DNA from: a bacterium
GTDB lineage: Bacteria; UBA8248
DNA length: 64,000 bases
Direction of reading: 5' to 3'
Assembly: GCA_965213685.1 (NCBI GenBank)
Contig: CBDBZY010000031.1
Span: forward strand, 64,001-128,000
The position numbers and the translations under genes were made by a program. Shown here in pieces: positions 30,573 to 41,532 of this stretch. Positions within the stretch are counted from its first letter, which is position 1, and each line of letters starts with the position of its first letter. The notes under the pieces are model-generated. The model was given only the letters and a program-made list of their open reading frames with translations. It was not told the origin of the DNA and did not search any database.

Positions 30573-30980
30573 TCATTCGGCGTCCCCGCCTTCCGCCTCC
30601 ATCGCCGCCGCCAGGTCCCTCTGCTCCACGAAATGCGTATCCGGGTGCAGATAGCCCGCAAAGTTGTCCCGTCGTATCGGCCCGCAGGCCTCGAAGGCCA
30701 CCGTGTCCTCCAGGTAATCCGCCTGGTGCTCGGTGTGCGGCGGCACATACCAGACGTCGCCCGGCTTCAGCACCGCCACGGGGTCGTCTCCCGCCTGCAC
30801 GCGGGCCGACCCGCTGATGAGACAGAAAATCTGCTCCGCCTCGTGGTGGTGTCTCCGCGTGGACTTCCCGCCCTTCGCGTGAATGTAGCTGATCATGCAG
30901 TGCTTCCCGCTCACGAGCCCCACCTTCACCCCCGAAAATGGCACCTTCTCGGGCAGCTCGTCCCAATTCGTCACCGGCAT
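30573..30980 (-). CDS. Cupin domain protein
   Basis: HHHEAEQ...LKPGDVWYVPPHTEH. Confidence 0.88.
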   Translation of the reverse strand: MPVTNWDELPEKVPFSGVKVGLVSGKHCMISYIHAKGGKSTRRHHHEAEQIFCLISGSARVQAGDDPVAVLKPGDVWYVPPHTEHQADYLEDTVAFEACGPIRRDNFAGYLHPDTHFVEQRDLAAAMEAEGGDAE

Positions 30981-31131
30981 ATTTTCCCCTCCTCCTTATC
31001 GCTTATCGCTCGGCGGAAGCGCAGCCTTCCCCGACCCCGCCGCCCGAACCCTGTCGCGCAAAACGCCGCCCGGAACCTGCCGCATCGCGGCCGCCGCCAA
31101 CCGCAGACTTCGCGGCGGCCCCCTCCCTTCC

Positions 31132-32065
31132 CTAGCGCGAAGGGATTGACGCGTCCTTCCCGACCTGCAATCGCCGGAAGGCGTCCGCCGGCAAAGGCGC
31201 GCCGCAGGCCGCGTTCTGCGTGGACTGCCCGGGCGTCCGTATGCCCGGAATCACGCAGCTGACGTTCTCGTTGGAGACGCAGAACCGAATGGCCGTCTCG
31301 GCCGCCGATACGCCCAGGTTCTCCGCCACCTCGCGGACGCGGCGGAGCTGGGCCTGGAACTTCCGGATGTTCTCCGGGGACAATATGTTCTTTCTGCGAT
31401 CTCCGGCGGCGAACTCGAACGTCTCGTCGATGCGCCCGGAGAGGAACCCCCGCTTCAGCGGGACGCGCGATATCACGCCCACATCCGCCGCTTTCGCCCG
31501 CGCGAAGGCGGGCGCCGCCTCCTGGCTGATGACGTTGTACTCCATCTGCAGGGTGGCCGGCCTGTTCTGCTCCACCGCCAGGTCGCATTCCGCCACCGTG
31601 TTCACGGAGACGCCCCAGTGCCTGATCTTTCCCGCATCCCGGGCTTTCTCCAGCAGGGCGTAGCTGTCCTCGGCCGCCATGTTGTCGACGTTGGGGTTGT
31701 GCAGCTGGTAGTAGTCGATGGCGTCGACCCCGAGGCGCTTGAGGCTCCCCTCCAGGCAGCCGCCGATGTAGTCCGGGGCGAAATTGCGCCGCCCCGTCGT
31801 CATGTCGTTTCCCCCCCTTCGTGAAAACCAGTATCTCCCCTCGGTCGGAGCGCTCGGCGAGAAACTTGCCGATGACGGTCTCGCTGTGGCCCGCCCCGTA
31901 GGCGTCCGAGGTGTCGATGAAGTTCATGCCGGCGTCGACTGCGGCGTGCAGCGCGCGGTTGCTCTCCGCATCATCCACCGGGCCGAACACGCCCCCGATG
32001 GTCATGGCGCCGAACCCGACAACCGTGACTTCCAGACCCGTGCGTCCGAGCGTTCTTCTCTCCAT
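31132..32065 (-). CDS. Aldo/keto reductase, one frameshift near 31808-31817 (probable sequencing error)
   Basis: N-half LGRTGLEV..GFGA..DTSDAYG..TKGG in one frame, C-half SLKRLGVDAIDYYQLH..IPG in another; junction at a T3/C7 run. Confidence 0.85.
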
Positions 32066-32168
32066 GTCTCATCTCCGGATATAAGTTTTCCCGCGTTTTC
32101 CTGTGAGGCGGCTTGAATCGCTCCGTTTCCTCAAGGCTTTGGAGCCTCAAGCAGGGTGTCCATGGGGG

Positions 32169-32381
32169 TCAGGAACCTTCCCCGACCCCGCGGAGCACAT
32201 CCATCCAGAACCCCATACCTTGTGCGACCGCATACTTGAGAAGACCCAACACATATACGACGGGCTCTTTCCCGATCGTCCACTTGATGACCCAAGCCGC
32301 CACGACCAAAAAGACCAAACAAAAAATACAGGATAAACAATCCGCCGCACACCCCATCCGCAGACTCTCGAGAAACCCCAT
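32169..32381 (-). CDS. Small hydrophobic hypothetical protein (about 70 aa)
   Basis: AAGGAG before ATG; MGFLESL...CLSCIFCLVFLVVAAWVIKW; lower GC. Confidence 0.5.
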   Translation of the reverse strand: MGFLESLRMGCAADCLSCIFCLVFLVVAAWVIKWTIGKEPVVYVLGLLKYAVAQGMGFWMDVLRGVGEGS

Positions 32382-32715
32382 CCGCTCCTTACCATCCTTC
32401 ATACCCGCATACCCTTGAATGCGAATGCGCAACACCGGGCGCGGGCGAAAGATGGCCTCCCGAGAGTCGCTTTTGCGTCCAAGGCCACTACCCGCCAGAA
32501 AAACGGCACAGAGCGCGTCGGCGGCACCTGGGGATGCCCGCGGAGGCGCTTCGGGAACCATCCGGAAAGCACAGCCCGGGCGGATGCGCGCGAAGATGGG
32601 CGCATCATATCTTTCTTTCGCCTGCGTCCGCAATCCAACGCGCCCGTATACGAAAAGCCGCGCCCGGGCTATACTCCCCCCTCATCCGGCCACACCATCG
32701 CCTGGAGGAAAATAC

Positions 32716-34038
32716 ATGGACGCTCTCAAGCAAAAAGCACTGGATTATCTCGACGCCCAGGCGGGCGAGGCGCGCGAAATCGCCCGGCAAATCTGGCGCT
32801 TCGCGGAAATCGCCCTGGAGGAATTCCAGTCCTCGGAGTTGCTGGAGGACGTTCTGGAGCAAAACGGGTTCGAGGTGCAGCGCGGCGTGGGCGACCTCCC
32901 CACCGCCTTCATCGCGAGATGGGGCGATTCGGGCCCCGCCGTGGGGATTCTCGGGGAATACGACGCGCTTCCCCACTGCGGAGACTCCCACGAAAAGCAG
33001 GGGCACGGCTGCGGGCACAACCTGTTCGGCACGGCGAGCGCCTACGCGGCGATTGCGGCGGCGCGCGCGCTGCGCGAGGCGGGCGCCGAGGGTCGGGTCG
33101 TCTGCTTCGGCTGCCCCGCGGAGGAGACCCTGGAGGGGAAGGTGTATATGGCGCGCGACGGCGCGTTCGACGGCGTCGACGCCGCCGTCACCTGGCATCC
33201 CGGGGAGAGGAACTTCACGCGGGGGGGCAGCACGAACGCCATGGATTCCATCGTCTTCGAGTTCCACGGCGAAACCGCCCACTCGGCCCGGGACCCGTGG
33301 AACGGCAGAAGCGCGCTCGACGGCGTGGAAATCATGAACTACGGCGTCAACATGATGCGCGAGCACGTCATCGAGCCGGCCAAGATTCACTACGTCATCA
33401 CCGACGGGGGGGTGGCGCCCAACGTGGTGCCCTCCTATGCGCGCGTCTGGTACTACGTGCGCGCCCCCAAGCGGGCGATGGTGGACGAGTTGACCGAGCG
33501 CGTCCGCAACTGCGCCAGGGCGGGCGCGCTGGCGTCCGGCACGAGAATGAAGGAAACCCTGCTCACCGCCGTCTACGAGAACCTCCCCAACGACGCCCTG
33601 GCCCGCTGCGTCCAGCGCAACCTGGAGTTCGTGGGCGCGCACGCGTATTCGGAGGAGGCGAAGGCGTTCGCCCGAAAACTCGGCTACGACGCGCCGCTCT
33701 CCGAGACGGTCTCCCCCCTCGACCCGGCGGACATCCGCCCGAGCAACGAGCGCGGCAACGTGAGCTGGCTCACCCCACTGGGCAACCTGATGACCGCCTG
33801 CCACGCACCGGGAACGCCCGGGCACTCCTGGCTCGCCACGCAGCAGTACGGCATGGAGATCGGGGAGAAGGGCATGATGACCGCCGCCAAGACGATGGCG
33901 GCCGCCGCACTCGAGCTCATCGGCGACGCGCGCCTGCTGCAGCAGGTGCGGGGCGAGTTTCGGGAGAAAACGGCGGGGTTTTCCTATGACCCCATCATCC
34001 CCGAGGGGCAGAAGCCGAATCCTTTGGGCATGCGGTAG
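32716..34038 (+). CDS. M20 family amidohydrolase (AbgB-like)
   Basis: LGEYDAL, GHGCGHNLFG, PAEE, WHP, GRSALD, GHSW. Confidence 0.9.
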   Translation: MDALKQKALDYLDAQAGEAREIARQIWRFAEIALEEFQSSELLEDVLEQNGFEVQRGVGDLPTAFIARWGDSGPAVGILGEYDALPHCGDSHEKQGHGCGHNLFGTASAYAAIAAARALREAGAEGRVVCFGCPAEETLEGKVYMARDGAFDGVDAAVTWHPGERNFTRGGSTNAMDSIVFEFHGETAHSARDPWNGRSALDGVEIMNYGVNMMREHVIEPAKIHYVITDGGVAPNVVPSYARVWYYVRAPKRAMVDELTERVRNCARAGALASGTRMKETLLTAVYENLPNDALARCVQRNLEFVGAHAYSEEAKAFARKLGYDAPLSETVSPLDPADIRPSNERGNVSWLTPLGNLMTACHAPGTPGHSWLATQQYGMEIGEKGMMTAAKTMAAAALELIGDARLLQQVRGEFREKTAGFSYDPIIPEGQKPNPLGMR

Positions 34039-34084
34039 CCGCCCGCCGCGAATCATTCGCCATCCCCAGCCAAGGGAGCACACC

Positions 34085-34924
34085 ATGAAATTCGGCGTTG
34101 CGATTTTCCCGACCGACTACTCCATCGCCCCGCACGAGGTCGCCCGAGAGGCGGAGGACAGGGGCTTCGAGTCCATCTTCTTTCCGGAGCACACCCACAT
34201 TCCGGCGAGCAGAAAGACCCCCTGGCCAGGGGGGGCCGAACTGCCGCTGGAATACTCCCACTCGCTCGACCTGTTCGTGGCACTCGGCGCGGCGGCGGCG
34301 GCGACGGAAAAAATCCTGCTGGGCACGGGGATATGCCTCGTCATCGAGCGCGACCCCATCACCCTGGCCAACGAGGTGGCCTCGCTCGATCACCTCTCGG
34401 GCGGCCGCGTGCTTTTCGGCGTGGGCGGCGGCTGGAACCGGGAGGAGATGGAAAACCACGGGACGAGATTCGAGGAGCGCTGGATTCTCCTGCGCGAGCG
34501 CATCGAGGCCATGAAGGCCATCTGGACGGAGGAGGAGGCGAGCTACCACGGGAGGTTCGTGGATTTCGAGCGCATCTGGTCGTGGCCCAAGCCGGCGCAG
34601 AAACCGCACCCGCCCGTGTTCGTGGGCGGCAACGGCGCCAGAACGCTCGAGCGCGTGGTTCGATACGGGGACGAGTGGATGCCGCTGCCCCGGGGGAGCA
34701 TGGACTGGACCGCCCGCATCGGGGAGTTGCAGGAGCTCGCCGCCCGGGCGGGGTGCGCGCCCATCCCCGTCACCATGTTCTTCGCACCCCCCGACGCGGC
34801 GCAGCTGCGCGAGCTCGAGAGCAGGGGGGTGGGGAGGAGCCTCTTCATCCTGCCGTCGGCACAGGCCGACGTCGTCCTGCCGAAACTCGACGCGCTCGCC
34901 CGCGTCGTGGCCGAATTCGGCTGA
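34085..34924 (+). CDS. LLM-class oxidoreductase, probably F420-dependent (Rv2161c-like)
   Basis: EHTHIP, SLDHLSGGR..GVGGGWNREE, PKPAQKPHPP. Confidence 0.85.
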   Translation: MKFGVAIFPTDYSIAPHEVAREAEDRGFESIFFPEHTHIPASRKTPWPGGAELPLEYSHSLDLFVALGAAAAATEKILLGTGICLVIERDPITLANEVASLDHLSGGRVLFGVGGGWNREEMENHGTRFEERWILLRERIEAMKAIWTEEEASYHGRFVDFERIWSWPKPAQKPHPPVFVGGNGARTLERVVRYGDEWMPLPRGSMDWTARIGELQELAARAGCAPIPVTMFFAPPDAAQLRELESRGVGRSLFILPSAQADVVLPKLDALARVVAEFG

Positions 34925-35079
34925 GGCGCGCGACCGGGGCAGGGAGGGAGGGGTTGAAGCATCCGGGGGGAAGCATGTAGGATTTTCCGCAACTTTTCAT
35001 AGCCGCAACTTATCGATAGCGGACAAGTGCGTTCCATGATTCCCGGCGCGTCCGGGAACGAACAGGGCTGGAAGGCGAA

Positions 35080-36522
35080 ATGCGCAACACGCTCCACTAC
35101 GGCGATTGCCTGAACGTCATGGCCGAAATGCCGGACGCCTTCGTTGACCTCATCTATCTCGACCCGCCGTTCAACAGCAAGAGCGATTACAACATCTTCT
35201 TCCCCAATCCCGAAATGAGCGGGGGGGGGGGGGGGGGTAGGGGGCACCTCGCCCAGATCATCGCCTTCCACGACACGTGGACATGGGATGGGCCGGCACG
35301 GGAGCGCGTGGATCGGATAAAACGCGCGGTCAAGCATCCGGCGCACGAGGCGATGACGGGGCTGGAAGTGACCCTCGGCAAGACTGGCGCGCTCGCCTAT
35401 CTCTCCTACATGGCGGAGCGGCTCGCCGAGATGAAGCGGCTGCTCAAACCCACCGGCTCCATATATCTGCACTGCGACCCCACCATGAGCCATTACCTCA
35501 AGATCGTGATGGACGGGATTTTCGGGCACAAGAATTTCCGGAACGAGATTGTGTGGTGCTATACGGGGCCAGGTTCTCCGGGGATGCGTCAATTCAATCG
35601 CAAGCATGACATCATTTTGTGGTATTCCATCGGTGAAAAATGGGTGTTCAACGCCAAGAGCGTACGCATTCCTCACAAGCGTTTGAACACCAATCGCAAG
35701 GGGGCGATGATCACCAAGCCATTGACGCCGCAGGAGCGAGAAGCGTATCTGAAAAAAGGGAAAATACCCGAAACGTGGTGGCCTGATTTTTCTCCGGTAG
35801 GCCGCCTCAAGCGCGAACGCCTTGGTTACCCGACACAAAAACCCCTCGCCCTTCTTGAGCGCATCGTCAAGGCGTCGAGCAATCCTGACGGCGTTGTCCT
35901 CGACCCGTTCTGCGGGTGCGGCACCACTATCGAGGCGGCACACAAACTGGGGCGGGCCTGGGTCGGCATCGACATATCGCCCTTCGCCATCGACCTGATT
36001 CAAAAACGCAGAATGAAAGGAATCCCGCTAGAGGTGCGCGGCATCCCGCAAGACATGCCCGGTGCGCGGAAACTCGCCCGGGACAAGCCTTTCGACTTCG
36101 AGAAGTGGGCTGTTTGCAGGATTCCGGGCCTGGCCCCCAACAAGAAGCAAGTGGGAGACGGCGGAATCGACGGGCGGGGCCTGCTATTGAGGCCGCCGGA
36201 CGATTGCGATTCCAGACTGGTGCTGGCGCAGACGAAAGGGGGGAAATTCCTTGCGAGCGGCTTGAGAGAGTTTCTCGGCGTCATGGAAAGAGACCGCGCG
36301 GCGATGGGCGTCTACATCACCCTGAATCCGGTGACGTCGCGGGATGCGCGCGCGGAGGCTCTCGCAAAAGGAAACGTCCGATACGGCGTCTCTCAATATC
36401 CGCGCGCCCAGCTGTGGTCGATCCATGATTATTTCAACGACACGCTTCCGAAGATGCCGCCGCTCGCCGACCCATACACGGGCATGGCGATGCAAGGGGA
36501 CTTGGAATTCCCGCGCGGCTAG
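35080..36522 (+). CDS. Beta-class DNA amino-methyltransferase with C-terminal Mrr-like/restriction endonuclease-like domain
   Basis: [22 protein letters not shown]; C-terminal FEKW...GDGGIDG...QTKGG. Confidence 0.88.
   Translation: MRNTLHYGDCLNVMAEMPDAFVDLIYLDPPFNSKSDYNIFFPNPEMSGGGGGGRGHLAQIIAFHDTWTWDGPARERVDRIKRAVKHPAHEAMTGLEVTLGKTGALAYLSYMAERLAEMKRLLKPTGSIYLHCDPTMSHYLKIVMDGIFGHKNFRNEIVWCYTGPGSPGMRQFNRKHDIILWYSIGEKWVFNAKSVRIPHKRLNTNRKGAMITKPLTPQEREAYLKKGKIPETWWPDFSPVGRLKRERLGYPTQKPLALLERIVKASSNPDGVVLDPFCGCGTTIEAAHKLGRAWVGIDISPFAIDLIQKRRMKGIPLEVRGIPQDMPGARKLARDKPFDFEKWAVCRIPGLAPNKKQVGDGGIDGRGLLLRPPDDCDSRLVLAQTKGGKFLASGLREFLGVMERDRAAMGVYITLNPVTSRDARAEALAKGNVRYGVSQYPRAQLWSIHDYFNDTLPKMPPLADPYTGMAMQGDLEFPRG
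35221..35237 (+). repeat. G17 homopolymer inside the 5' part of the methyltransferase gene
   Basis: 17 consecutive G encoding the Gly run of SGGGGGGRG; longest homopolymer noticed in the window. Confidence 0.85.
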
Positions 36523-36985
36523 CGGCGGGCGACCCCCTGTTTTTCGTGATACTGCTGGTGGTAGTCCTCGGCCATCCAGAACGCCGACGCCGGCGCAATT
36601 TCCGTCACTATCGGCCGGCGATGGCGGCCCGACGCCTCCTGCTCCTCCCTCGAGGCGCGCGCCGCCGCCTCCTGTGCCGGCGAGAAGAAATAAATGGCGG
36701 AGCGATACTGGGTGCCGACGTCGGGCCCCTGGCGGTTCAGCGTGCAGGGGTCGTGAATCCGCCAGAACAAATCCAGCAGCGCGCGGTAGGCGACCCTCTC
36801 CGGATCGAACTCCACGTGGACGACCTCCGCGTGTCCCGTGCGGCCCGAGCACACCTCCGCGTAGGTGGGCGCCTCCTTCGACCCCGCCCGAATACCCCAC
36901 CGCCGTGCGCGCCACGCCCCTCCACCCTGCGAAACGCATCCTCCACCCCCCAGAAGCAACCCGCACCGAACATGGCCTTTTCCAT
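36519..36985 (-). CDS. msrA: Peptide methionine sulfoxide reductase A, frameshifted around 36880-36920
   Basis: [15 protein letters not shown], then [34 protein letters not shown] and AEDYHQQY across frames. Confidence 0.88.
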
Positions 36986-37018
36986 GCGCACCTCCCTAGA
37001 TCGACAACAACCAGAGAA

Positions 37019-38130
37019 TTACGGCGTTATCTCCACGCTCCCCGGCGGGCCCTCCACCACCTCGCCGAAGACGCCGGCGGCGGAGACGCCGCGCCTCGCG
37101 CAGCGCGCCCAGAAGCGCCTCCGCCCTCTCCGCGCCCACCGCGATGACGAGGCCGCCCGAGGTTTGCGCGTCGTTGAGCAGTGCGAGCATCTCCGCGTCA
37201 ACGCCCCGCTCCGGCTCGACGAACGGCCGCGTCCACAGGCGGTTTGCGCTCCCCCCCCCGCCCGCGGTGCCGGCGACCCGCGTGGGGAAGCAGTCCCTCG
37301 AACCGGGGGCACGGCGGAGAAGACCACGCGCGCCCCGCGTCCCGCTCGCCCTCCATCACGTTGTGCAGATGCCCGAGGAGGCCGAAGCCGGTCACGTCCG
37401 TGCAGGCGTTCGCGCCCACGCGCACCATGCATTCGCTCGCCCGCCTGTTCAGTGCCTTCATCGAGGCGACCGCCTCCTCGAACACCCCGTCGGGGAGTTT
37501 CCCGCCGTTTCTCCCCAGGGACGCCGCGCGCGGCGCGCAACAGGGGGTTCGCCCGCCTCGACAGGTTGGTGACGACGCCCGTGCCGAGTTTCTTCGTCAA
37601 AATCAGCTTGTCGCCCGGCTGTGCCCCCCCGGTTCGTCACCATCCTGCGGGGGTCCACCGTTCCGGTGACGGCGATGCCGTATTTCGGCTCGGCGTCCTC
37701 CACGCTGTGCCCGCCCACTATCACGCCGCCCGCCTCGCGCATCTTGTCCGCCCCGCCGGCCAGAATCCTGCCGAGGACGTCGAGCCCCAGGCGGCAGGGG
37801 AAGCCCACCAGGTTCAACCCGGTGAGGGGCTTCGCGCCCATGGTGAAGCAGTCGCTGAGCGCGTTGGCGGCGGCTATCTGGCCATAGTCGTACGGATCGT
37901 CCACGATGGGCGTGAAGAAATCCACCGTCTGCACGATGGCCAAATCCTCCCGGAGCCGATAGACGCCCGTATCGTCCCCCGGGGTTCGCGCCATACAGCA
38001 GGTCGGGGTCGGAAAACGGCTCCAGGCGGCCCAGCGCCTCTCTCAGGTCCTCCGGACCCAGCTTCGAGCCTCACCCCCCCGCCTTGACCATCCGGGTGAG
38101 CTGTATTTTTCTCTCCGACGCCGTGGCCAT
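37019..38130 (-). CDS. selD: Selenide, water dikinase (selenophosphate synthetase), selenocysteine form; several frameshifts
   Basis: LTRMVKAGG-TGA-GSKLGP; DDTGVY, QTVDFFTPIVDDPY.YGQIAAANALSD, GGHS, PKYG, TDVTGFGLLGHL and DAQTSGGL in successive frames. Confidence 0.9.
38045..38059 (-). promoter_or_regulatory. Putative bacterial SECIS hairpin of selD
   Basis: GGGUCC-GGA-GGACCU begins 11 nt after the UGA at 38073-38071. Confidence 0.6.
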
Positions 38131-38271
38131 TCTCATCTCCGCAGGTACGGTGCGCGGCTTGGGGAAATCCCCCGCAGGGGGGATAATAGTCCATGTCCGA
38201 AGGATAGCAAACACCGCGCCTCCTTGCTCTCCTTCCCGCCAAAAACGCCCGTGACGCGAGGTCTCTCTCCC

Positions 38272-39241
38272 ATGAAAGTCGTCATTTCGGATGATTACCA
38301 AGACTGCGTCCGGCACCTGGAATGCTTCTCCAGGATGGCGGGACACGACGTCACCATCCACAACGACACGGTGGACGGCGCGGAGGCGCTCGCGGCGCGG
38401 TTTCAGGACGCGGAGGCCATCGTGCTCATCAGGGAGCGCACCCACATCACGGACGGGCTGCTGGACAGGCTCCCCCGCCTCCGGCTGGTGAGCCAAACCG
38501 GCGCGGGCTTCGCCGCGCACGTCGACCTCGACGCCTGCACCCGCCACGGGGTGGCGGTGGCCGCGGGAGGGAGCGGCACGCACTCCACCTGCGAGCTCAC
38601 ATGGGGCCTCATCCACTGCGCCACCCGCGCCCTGCCCCGGGAGATAGGGAACCTGGCCGGCGGCGGCTGGCAAACCACGCTGGGGGGAGGACTTGCGCGG
38701 AAAAACGCTCGGCGTATACGCCTACGGGAGCATCGGCCGCCAGGTGGCCGCCGTGGGAAAGGCCTTCGGCATGAACGTCATCGCCCACGGGCGGGCGGGC
38801 TCCGCGGAGCGCGCCCGGGCGGACGGCGTCCGGATGGCGGCGGACAAGGGGGCGCTGTTCGCCGAATCCGACATCGTCAGCCTCCACATCCGCCTCACTC
38901 CGCAGACGCGGGGGGTCGTGACGGCGAAGGAGCTGGCGCGCATGAAGCCGGACGCCCTGCTGGTGAACACCAGCCGCGCCGGTCTGATAGAGGAGGGCGC
39001 ACTCGAGGCGGGGCTGCGGGCGGGGAGGCCCGGCTTCGCCGCGGTGGACGTATTCGAGACGGAGCCCGTCCGGGCCGCCGCGCATCCGCTCCTGCGCATG
39101 GAGAACGCGATTTGCACGCCGCACCTGGGCTACGTCACGCGGGGCACGTTCGAGAGATATTTCGGCATCGCCTTCGACCAGATCAACGCCTTCGCCGAGG
39201 GGCGGCCCATCAACATTCACAATCCCGAGGTTCTGGGTTGA
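38272..39241 (+). CDS. D-2-hydroxyacid dehydrogenase family, frameshift at G6 run 38682-38687
   Basis: DDYQD, IRERT; then GKTLGVYAYGSIG, VNTSRAG, DVFETEP, TPHLGYV. Confidence 0.85.
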
Positions 39242-39348
39242 TCCGCCGCGGGGCGGCTCCCCGCCGCTCAGCTTGATCTTTCCCGCGATCCGGTGTGGAA
39301 TCCGCCCCCGGAGCCGGGAAGAAACTCCCTTCACGCTGGAGGTGCCGC

Positions 39349-40492
39349 TTGGACTTTGCCTTCGACGAGCGCCAGGAGCTCATGCGCCGCACGCTTCACG
39401 AGCTTCTCGGGCGCGTTTGCCCGCCCGAATACGCGATGGACTGCGACAAGAGGGGCGAGGCGCCCGTGGACGCCTACAAAGCCCTGGCCGACGACGGGTG
39501 GATAGGCGTATCCGCACCCGAGGAATACGGCGGGATGGGGGGCGACGCCCTCGACCTCGCCCTCGTCCTGGAAACGGCGGGCGCCCACTATCTCGACCTC
39601 GCCACCATGATCTTCCGAAACGTCTGCTACGGCGTGGACGCCCTCCTGCTCAGCGGAACGGAGGCGCAGAAAAGAAGGTTCATCCCCTCCACCATCCGGG
39701 GGGGAGACGTACTTCGCGTTCAGCCTCACCGAACCCGACGCCGGCTCGGACGCCGCTGCCATCATCGCCCGCGCGGTGCGGGAGGAGGACCGCTTCCGGC
39801 TCACGGGCACGAAGAACTTCACCTCCGGAATGCCGACGGCGACGCACATCCTCGTCGCCGCGCGCACCGACAACTCGGGCGAGAAGCACGAGGGCATCAC
39901 CAACTTCATCCTCCCCGCCGCCGCGGAGGGCGTCTCCTGGTCGAAACTCGAACTCCTCGGTCACCGGGCGATGGGCACCTGCGTGGTGCACTACGACGCC
40001 GTGGAGGCGGGCGCGGCCGACGTACTGGGAGCGGTGGGAGACGGCTGGAGGGGACTCATGGCATACATCACCACGGAGCGTCTGTGCCTGTCCGCGGCGC
40101 GCACGGGAGCGGCGGCGGCGGCGCTGGCGCTGGCGCTGGACCACGCGAAGGAGAGAAAGCAGTTCGGCCGCGCCATCGGCAAGTTTCAGGCCGTCAGCCA
40201 CATGCTCACCGAGATGCACGTGCTCGTCGACACGGCGCGGCTCCAGGTCTACCGCTTCGCCTGGCTCGTCTCCCAAGGGAAAGCGGGGCGCGTCGAGGCG
40301 GCGACGCTCAAGCTCTACGCAGGCGAGGCCTACAAGCGGGTGGCCGACCTGGGGGTTCAGGTGATGGGCGGATACGGCTACAGCGGCGAGTACGCCATGG
40401 AGCGCCACTACCGGGACGCGCGGCTGGCCACCATCGGCGCCGGCACGAGCGAGGTGCAAAGAAACATCATCGCCAAGGGGCTGGGGCTGTGA
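39349..40492 (+). CDS. Acyl-CoA dehydrogenase, frameshift at G7 run 39698-39704
   Basis: TTG start with GGAGG; PEEYGGMG; FSLTEPDAGSD; RKQFGRAIGKFQA; IGAGTSEVQR. Confidence 0.87.
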
Positions 40493-40601
40493 CCTCCCTC
40501 CGGGGGTTGATGATTTCGCCAAAAAGCCCGAAACTGGCGCCATCGCCCGAAGACGGAAGAAGAAGACGGGAAAAACAGATGCGCAGGAGGACGACGCAGT
40601 C

Positions 40602-41069
40602 ATGCCGTTAGACGCAAGCGTGCTGGAGCGAACGTTTCCCGAGTTTGCCTTCGAGGTCGAGCGCGGGAAGATTCGCGAATACGCCCGCGCCCTGGGACTG
40701 ACCGACCCGGTGCACACCGACCCGGAGGCCGCCCGGGCGATGGGCTTTGACGACCTCCTCGCACCGCCCACGTTCGTGCGCCAGTTCTGGCACGAGAATC
40801 CCGAGAACGACCCCATGCCGCATCTGGGCTACGACCCGAGGCGCCGCCTCCACGGGGAGCAGGAATTTGAATACCACAAGCCGCTCGTCGCCGGCATGCG
40901 CCTCAAGGGACGCAACGCCATCGTCTCCACCCGCGAGAAACAGGGCCGACGGGGGGGAATGATGACCTTCGTCGTCATCGAAACCAGGCTGGTCGACGAG
41001 CAGGGCGAATTGGTTCAAGTGGCGCGGCGCACCCTCATCGAAACGGCGGCCCCTCCCAAAGAGGGCTGA
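40602..41069 (+). CDS. MaoC-like dehydratase, N-terminal (FAS1-like) subunit
   Basis: VERGKIREYARA, APPTF, LHGEQEFEYH. Confidence 0.88.
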   Translation: MPLDASVLERTFPEFAFEVERGKIREYARALGLTDPVHTDPEAARAMGFDDLLAPPTFVRQFWHENPENDPMPHLGYDPRRRLHGEQEFEYHKPLVAGMRLKGRNAIVSTREKQGRRGGMMTFVVIETRLVDEQGELVQVARRTLIETAAPPKEG

Positions 41070-41081
41070 CGGAGCTGACCG

Positions 41082-41513
41082 ATGGCGAAAACCATGACAT
41101 ACGCGAAATGGGAGCAACTCGCCGAGGGCGCCGAGCGCGCGCTCAGGGCGGGCCCCATCACCCGGACGGACCTCGTCCGCTACGCGGGCGCCAGCGGGGA
41201 TTTCAACCCGAACCACCACGACGAGATATACGCCATCCGGGCGGGGTTCGATAAACCCTTCGCCCACGGGATGCTCCAGGGCGGATACCTCGCCCGCCTG
41301 CTCGGCGAATGGCTTGGTCCCGACTCCTTGCGGAAGTTCAGGCTGCGCTTCAGCGCGCAGGCTTGGCCGGGAGACACGGTGATATGCCGCGCCCGCGTCG
41401 TGCGCCGATACGAGGAGGCGGGGAATCGCCTGGTGGACGTCGAGGCGAACGCCGAGAACCAGCGCGGCGACGCCCTCATCCAGGCCACGGCAACCGCCGC
41501 TCCGCAAGGCTAG
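41082..41513 (+). CDS. MaoC family dehydratase
   Basis: YAGASGDFNPNHHD..AHGML hydratase-2 motif. Confidence 0.9.
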   Translation: MAKTMTYAKWEQLAEGAERALRAGPITRTDLVRYAGASGDFNPNHHDEIYAIRAGFDKPFAHGMLQGGYLARLLGEWLGPDSLRKFRLRFSAQAWPGDTVICRARVVRRYEEAGNRLVDVEANAENQRGDALIQATATAAPQG

Positions 41514-41532
41514 CGCTTCAGGATTCGCCGAC

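Noticed and set aside
31037-31105. Three loose CGCCGCC(C)GAACC-like repeats in an intergenic region
   Set aside because: Degenerate, short and irregular; not a CRISPR array (no conserved repeat, no cas genes)
36950-36965. Possible Sec in the MsrA active site
   Set aside because: The codon is TGC (Cys) in GCFWG
36519-38130. msrA and selD as true pseudogenes or programmed frameshift genes
   Set aside because: Many scattered single-base indels with intact motifs fit sequencing error better; no consistent slippery-site signal
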